A DNA stretch of 64,000 nt from an uncultured Phycisphaerales bacterium (lineage in GTDB: Bacteria > Planctomycetota > Phycisphaerae > Phycisphaerales > SM1A02), in the NCBI GenBank assembly GCA_938084645.1, contig CALKEP010000033.1:56515-120514 (forward strand). The letters run 5' to 3'. The position numbers were made by a program, and so were the translations under genes. Position 1 is the first letter of the stretch. Each line of letters begins with the position of its first letter. The notes under the pieces were generated by a model, which had not been told where the DNA came from, ran no database searches, and saw nothing but the letters and a program-made list of their open reading frames with translations. This document shows positions 21,160 through 29,508 of this stretch, piece by piece.

Positions 21160-21591
21160 TCAGTGTTGCAGCACGACCACGCGACGAAGGTCGCGGGCCG
21201 ATCGAGCCGGATCACGCCCGGACGGCGGCTCGCCACGTTCGAGCGAGACGGCGACGATCCCGGGAAGATCGTGGATCGCCTCGGCGTGGGTCGTCTGGAG
21301 CTCGGGTTGGAACGCGATCTGGTCGAAGGCGTCCTCGAGTTGGTGGTCGACGGTGACCGGCGCCTTCACGCAGCAGCCTTCGCAATCGCCGCAGTCCTCG
21401 GTGGGGCGATCCGTGTCGGAATCACCACCCTGTCCCTGGCCGAGGCTCGCACAGCAGGAGGCCACCATCGGCTCCGTTCCGTCGGACACCATCGCCGCCG
21501 CGGTCTTCAGCACGCAGCAACAGATCGGCATCAGCACCGCGAGGGTCGCGGCGATGACGTTCCGTCCGAGGATGCTCTTGAAGAGGTGCAT
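21160..21591 (-). CDS. Cys-rich small exported/membrane protein heading the TolC-ABC operon
   Basis: Hydrophobic N-terminus ending LMPICCC, then ASCCA and CGDCEGCC. Ends PPSGR...DLRRVVVLQH. Confidence 0.7.
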   Translation of the reverse strand: MHLFKSILGRNVIAATLAVLMPICCCVLKTAAAMVSDGTEPMVASCCASLGQGQGGDSDTDRPTEDCGDCEGCCVKAPVTVDHQLEDAFDQIAFQPELQTTHAEAIHDLPGIVAVSLERGEPPSGRDPARSARDLRRVVVLQH

Positions 21592-21893
21592 GCGGGAAGA
21601 GAGACTCAGGTGGTGAAGAACCACGAGTGGTCCTGGTCCGTTGAAGAGACGGCCTAGGAGTATATGGGTCCGATTCGATGGGGGTTCCACCAAATTCCGA
21701 CGGCTCCCGGTCCGAAGCCTCGACAGAGCCGCCCGTTCGATCCTGAAATCCGGCTTCCCGCATCCGGAACTCGGTTCGCGGAAACCCGTGTCGTCCGAGA
21801 ACACGGTGTCGATCCGAGGTCGCGATCGGGATGGACACGGGGTGCAGCGGTTACCTTTTCTCGCGACCGACCTCGACCACGGAGACGATCCTC

Positions 21894-24800
21894 ATGCTGC
21901 CCGATCTCGAATACGCCGCGCTTCGTTTCGAGACGTTCGCGGACGAGGTGCTTCGCCCGTTGGCGACCCCGGTCGCCGAACCGCTCGAGATCACCGTGGC
22001 ACAGTTCGAGGGGCGCCCCACGCATGCCGAGGTCGAGGGACTCGACGCGTCGGCGTTCGCGACGATCCGCACCGGATGGCGTTGGGGGCCCGTCTGGAGC
22101 ACCGCGTGGTTCCGGCTTCGCGGCCGGATCACCGACGCGATGCGGGGTCGCGAGATCCACCTTCGCTTCGACGCCGGGACCGAAGCGCTCCTGTGGCGGG
22201 ACGGGGCGCCGCATCACGGCTTCGACTTCAATCGGGATCGAGCGCCGCTCTTCGCATCCGGGGAAGGCGACGGCGACGTGGACCTGTTGGTCGAGGCGGC
22301 CTGCAACCTGCCGCTCGGCGTGTCGACGTTCTGGTGGGACGATCCCGAGGTGCAGGCGCGATGGCGTGAGGAGAAGCCCGGCCGACTCTCGGTGGCGGAG
22401 CTCGTGACCTACGACGACCACGCCTGGCGTTTCGTGCAGGCGTGGGATCTCGCGCGACGAACCATGCTGCTTCATGCCGCCGACGTGCCGCGGGCGCAGA
22501 CGCTTCAGGCCGGGTTGAGATCGATCCTCGGAAGGATTCCCGCCCACGATCCACGGCCGGCGCTCGATGTCGAGATGCCGGAACTCGAGTCGCTGCTCCG
22601 GGGTGCCGGGGCGGACGGAGGGACCGGGACCACCTGCATCGCGGTCGGGCACGCCCACATCGACACCGCCTGGCTGTGGCCGCTCGCCGAGACTCGTCGA
22701 AAGTGCCTCCGGACGTTCGCGACGGTCGATCGTCTGATGGAGCGTTGCCCGGACTTCAGGTTCCTCTGCAGCCAGGCCCAGCAGTATCGATGGATCCGGG
22801 AGGACTCGCCGGCGCTCTTCGAGCGGATCGCCACCCGTGTCCGCGAAGGTCGTTGGGAGCCCGGGGGGGCGATGTGGATCGAACCCGACTGCAACGCGCC
22901 GAGCGGCGAGAGTTTCATTCGACAGATCCTTCATGGCACCGGGTGGTGGGAATCCGCGTTCGGAACGGACGCGACCCAGCGGCATCTCTACCTGCCCGAC
23001 ACCTTCGGCTTCCCCGCGTCGTTGCCGCAGATCGTGATCGGTTCGGGGCTCGACACCTTCATCACCAACAAGATCAGCTGGTGTGAACGGAACCGCTTCC
23101 CGCACGTCTCCTTCGACTGGATCGGCATCGACGGCACGCGCGTGCTCACCCATCTGACGCCCGGTCACAACTACAACAGTTCGATTCTGCCCGAGGATCT
23201 GCGTTTCGCCGAGCGCAACGTCGCCTCCCTCGACCGGGCGGGATCGCCGACGTGGCTGCAGCCCTACGGCTTCGGAGACGGCGGAGGTGGTCCGACCGTC
23301 GAGCAGATCGAACGGATCGAATGGATGGCGCGGGGCGTCGAGGGTCTGCCGCGGGTCGAGTTCGGCCGGGCCGACGACTTCTGCGGTCGCCTGCACGCGG
23401 ACGCGGACCGACTGCGCCACGAGGCGGACGGACCGGCGCGCTGGGACGGCGAGCTCTATCTCGAACTGCATCGAGGAACCTACACCTCGCATCAATGGCT
23501 CAAGCAGGCCAACCACCGGGCCGAGTCGGCGCTGCGATCGATCGAGATCCTCGCCTGCGGCGATCCGGGCGCGAGTTCCGAGAGCGTCGTCGCGTCCCGG
23601 GAACGGATCGACGAGACGTGGAAGCTCGTGCTGCTCAACCAGTTCCACGACATCCTCCCCGGCTCCTCGATCAAGGAGGTCTACGACGACGCGCGGGTGC
23701 AGATGGACGCGGTCGCCGAGACCTGCGGGGCGGCGATGGACGACGGGCTCGCGGGCTGGGCCGCGTCGCTCGACGCGACGGGGCTCGACGCACCGGTCCT
23801 GGTCTACAACCCGGCGAGCACCCCGCGGGGCGGCATCGTCGACGTGGCCGGCGAACTGCTTCCGGTGGCGACGATCCCCGCGGTGTCCGCGGTCCTCGCC
23901 GACGCGATGCACCTGCATGCGGTGTCGCCGGTCGAGGTCGACGGCGACACGCTGCGAAACGGTCGCGTGGAAGCGACGTTCGACGAGGTCGGTCGCGTCG
24001 TCTCGCTCCGGCGGGCGGGGGGCGAGACGATCAACGCGGTCGGCGCGGACGGACCGATTCCGATGAATCGATTCCGGCTCTACGAGGATCGACCGCGTCG
24101 GTGGGAGGCCTGGGACGTCGACCGCGACTATCACGAGAAGTTCGAGGAGGTGGTGGAGCCCGCCGAGCGTCGTGCGGTGATCGAGTCCGGGCCCCTGCGG
24201 GGTGCGATCGAGTTCGAGCATGCGATCGGACGTGCGAGCCGGCTGGTGGTCCGCTACGTGCTCGATGCGGATTCCGACCGGCTCGACGTGAACCTGCTGG
24301 TCGACTGGCGGGAGGATCACACGCTGCTTCGCGCCGAATTCCCGACCTGCATCCGAACGCGATCCGCGACCTACGGGATCCAGTTCGGTGAACTCGAGCG
24401 GGCGACGCATCGGAACACCAGCTGGGAGGAGGCGCGGTTCGAGGTGCCGGGGCGTCGCTGGATGGACCTCTCCCGGCCGGGGCTCGGGCTCGCGGTGCTC
24501 GATGCGGGCATCGTGGGTCGGAACGCGTGCGAGGGGGTGCTCGGTCTGAGTCTGCTTCGCGCCCCGAAGTTCCCCGACCCGACCTGTGACCGGGGAACGC
24601 ACCGTCTTCGATACGCGTTGATGCCGCACGAGGGCGATCGTCGAACCGCGGGCGTCGCGGGAGTCGATGCGGAAGCCGAGGCGTTCGCGGAACCTCTGGT
24701 GGTGCGGCGATTGAATTCGGGCGAGGCCTCCGCAGGCGGCGTCGATCGGATTCGCCCGGTCGAGATCGAGGTGTCGGGGGCCGCCGCGGTCGAGATCGCG

Positions 24801-25031
24801 TCCTTGAAGCCGGCCGAGGATGGCGACGGCGTGGTGCTTCGAATCGTCGAAAAACACGGCGGCTCGGGTGTCGCGACGATCCGCGTGCCTGGATGGGCCG
24901 AGCCAACCGTGGTCGATCTGCGCGAACGCCCGATGAACGCCGGGGCGACCTTCGCGATGCGCGACGATGGTGGTTTCGAATTGCCGCTTCGTCCCTTCGG
25001 AATCGAATCGATCCGACTGCGAAAGCGATGA
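21894..25031 (+). CDS. alpha-mannosidase, glycoside hydrolase family 38
   Basis: VGHAHIDTAWLWP, YLPDTFGFPASLPQI, WDGELYLELHRGTYTS, LLNQFHDILPGSSI, LSLLRAP. Start at ATG 21894 after GGAG. Confidence 0.95.
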   Translation: MLPDLEYAALRFETFADEVLRPLATPVAEPLEITVAQFEGRPTHAEVEGLDASAFATIRTGWRWGPVWSTAWFRLRGRITDAMRGREIHLRFDAGTEALLWRDGAPHHGFDFNRDRAPLFASGEGDGDVDLLVEAACNLPLGVSTFWWDDPEVQARWREEKPGRLSVAELVTYDDHAWRFVQAWDLARRTMLLHAADVPRAQTLQAGLRSILGRIPAHDPRPALDVEMPELESLLRGAGADGGTGTTCIAVGHAHIDTAWLWPLAETRRKCLRTFATVDRLMERCPDFRFLCSQAQQYRWIREDSPALFERIATRVREGRWEPGGAMWIEPDCNAPSGESFIRQILHGTGWWESAFGTDATQRHLYLPDTFGFPASLPQIVIGSGLDTFITNKISWCERNRFPHVSFDWIGIDGTRVLTHLTPGHNYNSSILPEDLRFAERNVASLDRAGSPTWLQPYGFGDGGGGPTVEQIERIEWMARGVEGLPRVEFGRADDFCGRLHADADRLRHEADGPARWDGELYLELHRGTYTSHQWLKQANHRAESALRSIEILACGDPGASSESVVASRERIDETWKLVLLNQFHDILPGSSIKEVYDDARVQMDAVAETCGAAMDDGLAGWAASLDATGLDAPVLVYNPASTPRGGIVDVAGELLPVATIPAVSAVLADAMHLHAVSPVEVDGDTLRNGRVEATFDEVGRVVSLRRAGGETINAVGADGPIPMNRFRLYEDRPRRWEAWDVDRDYHEKFEEVVEPAERRAVIESGPLRGAIEFEHAIGRASRLVVRYVLDADSDRLDVNLLVDWREDHTLLRAEFPTCIRTRSATYGIQFGELERATHRNTSWEEARFEVPGRRWMDLSRPGLGLAVLDAGIVGRNACEGVLGLSLLRAPKFPDPTCDRGTHRLRYALMPHEGDRRTAGVAGVDAEAEAFAEPLVVRRLNSGEASAGGVDRIRPVEIEVSGAAAVEIASLKPAEDGDGVVLRIVEKHGGSGVATIRVPGWAEPTVVDLRERPMNAGATFAMRDDGGFELPLRPFGIESIRLRKR

Positions 25032-25141
25032 GCAACGCGCCGCCGGGCGCCGGGTGGATCCCCGCCTTCGATACCCTACTCCCTTCGTGACGACCGAGGA
25101 TCGGTCGTCCGGATCTTGAAATCGAAGACGGAGTGCGGAAC

Positions 25142-25564
25142 ATGAGTTCGATCGGGAACGGGCCGGAAGGCCTCGGAGAGGCCGTGGACGCCTTTTATTC
25201 GGCATTGCTCGCGATGTTCGGCGGCGACGCGGCGCCCATGAAGGCGGCGTGGTGGCACGACGACGACGTCTCGTACATGGGGCCGGGCGGCGATCATCGA
25301 ATCGGCTGGGACGAGGTCGCGTCCGAATGGGATCGACAGGCGCGTCTCGATCTCGGCGGCGAGGTGACGCCCAAGCGGCACCATTTGATGGTGGGCGAGG
25401 ATCTTGCGGTGTTCACCTGCGTCGAGACGGGCGCGAATCTCATCGACGGCAGGCCCGCCCCGGTCTCGATCCGCGCTTCGACGGTGCTCCGCAGGCGGGA
25501 CGGGATCTGGAAGGTCGTCGCACACCAGTCGGACCGACTGGATCACGTCGCGATCACCTCCTGA
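25142..25564 (+). CDS. NTF2-like / SnoaL-like domain protein
   Basis: AVDAFYSAL...GDAAPMKAAW...YMGPGG..IGWDEV...RASTVLRRRDGIWKVVAHQSD. Confidence 0.85.
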   Translation: MSSIGNGPEGLGEAVDAFYSALLAMFGGDAAPMKAAWWHDDDVSYMGPGGDHRIGWDEVASEWDRQARLDLGGEVTPKRHHLMVGEDLAVFTCVETGANLIDGRPAPVSIRASTVLRRRDGIWKVVAHQSDRLDHVAITS

Positions 25565-25644
25565 CGGTCCGATCCCGCCGTGGACGAGCGTTCGTCCTCG
25601 GCAACGATGACCGGAATACCGATAGGGTCGTCGCCGGAGGCCGC

Positions 25645-27126
25645 ATGCACGACGAAACGATCCTCTGGTTCGACTTCGAGACCTTCGGTTCCCTGCCCCG
25701 TCCGTGGGATGGCGGTCGGTCGGGACCGTATCCGAGGCGTGATCGGCCCTCGCAGTTCGGCGCGATTCGAACCACCCTCGATCTCGAGTTGGTGGGCGAG
25801 CCGGTGGAACTGCACTGCCGTCCGTCCGTCGAGGAACCACCCTCGATCGGGGCCTGTCTGGTCACCGGGATCGTTCCGCAGGACACCGCGTCGGGACTCG
25901 AGGAGGCGCCGTTCATCGAGTCCGTGATCGAGGTCCTCTCGGTGCCCGGAACGACCTCCACCGGCTGGAACAGTCTCGGGTACGACGATGAGATCGTGCG
26001 CTTCGCCGCGTGGCGCAACCTCCTGCCGCCGTATGAACGAGAGTACAAGCGCGGGAACGCCCGATTCGATCTGCTGGTCGCGTTCCGGTTCGCCTGGGCG
26101 ACGGGGCGTCGCGACGGCATCGAGTGGCCGACCTACGAGGACGGTTCCGTCTCGCTCTCGCTCGGTGATCTCGCGGCCGCGAACGGGATCGAGGATCACG
26201 CCGCCACCGCGCACGACGCGCTCGCGGACGTCCGGGCGACGATCGAGCTCGCGCGACTGCTCCGGCGGACCCAGCCGAAACTCTGGGATTACGCGTTCGG
26301 ACTTCGTCGCAAGCAGGAGGTCTCGAAGGTCGTCGACGTGGACGGCAGTCCGTTCCTTCTCTGCGATCGAGGGATCGGGGCCGCCCGCGGGCATGCGACG
26401 GTCGCGGTGACCATCGATCGACTCGATACGAACGGACGTCTGGTGCTCGATCTGCACGGTGATCCCGCCGAAATCCTCGAGCTCGAACCTCGTCAGCTGC
26501 ATGCGCGTTTCCATCGGCTCGATCCCGACCTGCCGCGGGTGCCGGTCCGGCGGGTCCGGACCAACAAGCTCCCCATGGTCACGACGCCGAAGGTCCTCGA
26601 CACGACTTCCGATGGCTGGGCGGGCATCGGACTCGACCGGGAACTCCTCGACTCGAGGATGGCCTTCGTGCGGGAGAACCACACCCGGATCCGCGAACGT
26701 CTCCGACTCGTGGCGGATGAGCCGCCCGAGGCGGAGAACGTGGATCCGGAGGAACTCCTGTACGCCGGTTTTCCCGCCGACGGTGATTCGTACGCGATGC
26801 GCACGGCGCGGGATGGCGGCCCCGAAGCGCTTCGGCGATTCAGCCGGACCGCCGGTGACGAGCGACTCGCCGAGCTGGTGTTTCGGTACCTCGCCCGGAC
26901 GCATCCGGAGTCCCTCGACGAGGAGGAGCGGGCACGCTGGATGCTCCACCTCCGGGATCGTCTGCTCGCGCCCGGGAGCGGCGAGGAATCTCGGGGACGG
27001 GAATCCCTGAAGGCGATCGAGACCGCCCGGCACGAAGATGCCGACGGTCGGATCGTCCACGAGGTGGAGGCGTGGACCCGCGGACTCGCGGCCGCCGTGG
27101 AGGTCGAGCTCCCGGCCACGACCTGA
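25645..27126 (+). CDS. sbcB: exodeoxyribonuclease I
   Basis: DEDDh motifs FDFETFG..DRPSQFGAIRT, GWNSLGYDDE, AHDALADVRATI. ExoI-type C-terminus LYAGF...LVFRYLAR..PESL. GGAGG before ATG 25645. Confidence 0.9.
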   Translation: MHDETILWFDFETFGSLPRPWDGGRSGPYPRRDRPSQFGAIRTTLDLELVGEPVELHCRPSVEEPPSIGACLVTGIVPQDTASGLEEAPFIESVIEVLSVPGTTSTGWNSLGYDDEIVRFAAWRNLLPPYEREYKRGNARFDLLVAFRFAWATGRRDGIEWPTYEDGSVSLSLGDLAAANGIEDHAATAHDALADVRATIELARLLRRTQPKLWDYAFGLRRKQEVSKVVDVDGSPFLLCDRGIGAARGHATVAVTIDRLDTNGRLVLDLHGDPAEILELEPRQLHARFHRLDPDLPRVPVRRVRTNKLPMVTTPKVLDTTSDGWAGIGLDRELLDSRMAFVRENHTRIRERLRLVADEPPEAENVDPEELLYAGFPADGDSYAMRTARDGGPEALRRFSRTAGDERLAELVFRYLARTHPESLDEEERARWMLHLRDRLLAPGSGEESRGRESLKAIETARHEDADGRIVHEVEAWTRGLAAAVEVELPATT

Positions 27127-27156
27127 TCGTTCGGCGGCGGCGAGTACGATTCCATC

Positions 27157-29508
27157 GTGCATCTCTCGACCCTCGACTGGTCCATCCTCGGCGGTTGCTT
27201 CACGGTCCTCGTCGTGGCCGCGATCGCGACGAACCGGTACGCCCGTTCGGTCTCGGGTTTTCTCGCCGCGAATCGATGCGCCGGGCGGTACCTGATCGCG
27301 GTGAGCTACGGGATGGCCCAGCTCGGGGTCATCTCGCTCGTCTGGTTCTGGCAGCAGTACTACAAGGTCGGGTTCACCAGCATCTGGTGGGGGTTCATGG
27401 AGAACCCCGCGATGATCCTCATCGCGCTCTCGGGCTGGGTGGTCTATCGGTTCCGCCAGACCCGCGCCCTGACCATGGCGCAGTTCTTCGAGATCCGGTA
27501 CTCCCGCCGGTTCCGCGTCTTCGCCGGACTCGTCGCGTTTCTCTCGGGCATCATCAACTACGGGATCTTCCCCGCGGTGGCGGCCCGGTTCTTCATCGCG
27601 CTCTGCGGCCTCCCCGTGCTGACCACGGTCGGTCCCTGGGAAATCCCCACCTTCGCGCTGCTGATGGCGGTCATGCTCGTCACCGCGTTGTTCTTCGTCT
27701 TCCTCGGGGGCCAGGTCGCGGTCATCGTCACGGACTTTCTCCAGGGCACCTTCGGGCAGCTCGTCTTCCTCGCCGTGATGTTGTTCCTGCTCGCGACGTA
27801 TTCGTGGTCCGAGATCGGGGAGACGCTGCTCGCCGCCCCCGAAGGTCAGTCGATGGTGAACCCGTTCGACCTCGGCCAGGAGGCGGACTTCAACGCCTTC
27901 TACTGGGTGATCAGCGTGGTGGTGCTGTTCTACGGGATGCTCGGCTGGCAGGGAACCTCCGGCTACAACGCCGCGGCGATCGACGCCCACGAGGCGAAGA
28001 TGGCGAACATCCTCAACGGCTGGCGATTCCGGGTCCTGCTCCTGATCACGCTGGTGCTGCCGATCTGCATCCGCGTGGTGATGACCGGCTCCGACCATGC
28101 GTCCGATGCCGCGGCCATCGAAGCGATCATCGCGGCGCAACCGCTGGGAGGCGCGGATCCGGAGGTGTTCGCGGCGGAGATCCGGACGCCGGCCGCGGCG
28201 AGCGTGATGCTCCCCTCCGGACTGCTCGGCCTCTTCGCGGCCGCGCTGCTCGGGGCCTTCATCTCGACCAACGACACCTACCTCCATTCCTGGGGTTCGA
28301 TCTTCATCCAGGACGTGGTGCTTCCGTTCCGGAAGCGACCGCTCTCGCCGCGGGTCCACCTCTGGCTGCTGCGTGCATCGATCCTCGGGGTGGCGATCTT
28401 CGCCTTCCTCTTCAGCCTGTACTACACCCCGAACCAGTACGTCGCGATGTTCCTCGCGCTCACCGGCGCGATCTTCGTGGGTGGTGCGGGCAGCGCGATC
28501 ATCGGTGGTCTGTACTGGCGAAGGGGGACCACCGCCGGCGCCTGGACCGCCATGATCGCGGGCATGACCCTCGCCGGAGGCGGCGTGATCGTCAAGCAGA
28601 TCCCAGCGACTCTGGTCCATCCGGGAGAGACCGTCACCTTCCTCTCCGGTTCGATCGAGAACGGACGAGTCGACGTCGTGATTCCCGCGGACGCCGGAGC
28701 GGGCACCAGCCTCGACGTGCCGGGGGCCGGCATCCGGATGCGGATCGACGACTTCGCGGCGGGCGACGGCGATCTCGCGGCGACCGCGGCGATCGCGATC
28801 GTCGATCCCGTCGACGAACGTGAACTCGGTCGATTCCGGGTCGTGGCCGACGGCTCCACGATGACCGGGGTCGGGGCGGACGGCATGGCGTTGTCTTGCG
28901 AGTTGCGCGGTGGCGCGGTCGGTCTCGCCGGCGTCGCCCTGCGATCGATCGGCGTGATCCGCGACCTCAACGGCCAGATCCTCACCTTCTGCTCGATCGC
29001 GTTGTCGATCTTCCTGTACATCGCGGTGTCGCTGTGCACCTGCCGGGCGCCGTTCGATCTCGACCGCATGCTTCATCGTGAGTCGAGGGACCGGCGTTCC
29101 GATGACGAACCCCGGGCACGATGGTGGGAACGTCTGGGATTCGGCCAGGAGATGACGCGGTGGGATCGAATCGTCACCGCGGTGACGATCTCCTGGCCGA
29201 TCTTCTTCACGCTGGTGTTCATCGCGGGAATGCTCCGTCACCTGCTTGCCGGGCCCCTCGGCCTCGAGCCCATCTCGGATGCGGCCTGGCTGGAGGCCTG
29301 GGGCTGGTGGCTCTGGTGCGCCATCGGGACCGCGATGGTGGTCACCGTCTGGTTCACGATCGGCGGTCTGCGTGATCTCGTTCGAATGTTCCGCCTGATG
29401 GGCCGGGTCCAGGCGGACGAACTCGACGATGGTCGGGTGATCGACCATCGAAACGCCGACGAGATTCCGGGGCCCACGGAAACGACGGGAATGGACGATC
29501 ATGCGTGA
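27157..29508 (+). CDS. sodium:solute symporter family protein with inserted soluble domain
   Basis: GFLAANRCAGRYL, RFRQTRALTMAQFFEIRYS, GGQVAVIVTDFLQG, GGLYWRRGTTAGA, many TM segments. Confidence 0.92.
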   Translation: MHLSTLDWSILGGCFTVLVVAAIATNRYARSVSGFLAANRCAGRYLIAVSYGMAQLGVISLVWFWQQYYKVGFTSIWWGFMENPAMILIALSGWVVYRFRQTRALTMAQFFEIRYSRRFRVFAGLVAFLSGIINYGIFPAVAARFFIALCGLPVLTTVGPWEIPTFALLMAVMLVTALFFVFLGGQVAVIVTDFLQGTFGQLVFLAVMLFLLATYSWSEIGETLLAAPEGQSMVNPFDLGQEADFNAFYWVISVVVLFYGMLGWQGTSGYNAAAIDAHEAKMANILNGWRFRVLLLITLVLPICIRVVMTGSDHASDAAAIEAIIAAQPLGGADPEVFAAEIRTPAAASVMLPSGLLGLFAAALLGAFISTNDTYLHSWGSIFIQDVVLPFRKRPLSPRVHLWLLRASILGVAIFAFLFSLYYTPNQYVAMFLALTGAIFVGGAGSAIIGGLYWRRGTTAGAWTAMIAGMTLAGGGVIVKQIPATLVHPGETVTFLSGSIENGRVDVVIPADAGAGTSLDVPGAGIRMRIDDFAAGDGDLAATAAIAIVDPVDERELGRFRVVADGSTMTGVGADGMALSCELRGGAVGLAGVALRSIGVIRDLNGQILTFCSIALSIFLYIAVSLCTCRAPFDLDRMLHRESRDRRSDDEPRARWWERLGFGQEMTRWDRIVTAVTISWPIFFTLVFIAGMLRHLLAGPLGLEPISDAAWLEAWGWWLWCAIGTAMVVTVWFTIGGLRDLVRMFRLMGRVQADELDDGRVIDHRNADEIPGPTETTGMDDHA

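Noticed and set aside
21654..29502. Very long antisense ORFs (1183 aa at 21654-25205, 1319 aa at 25543-29502) and similar ones opposite gyrB, groEL, glgP and the ABC genes
   Set aside because: They mirror well-supported genes on the other strand, are Arg/Gly/Pro-rich and carry no motifs. This is the expected shadow of high-GC codon usage.
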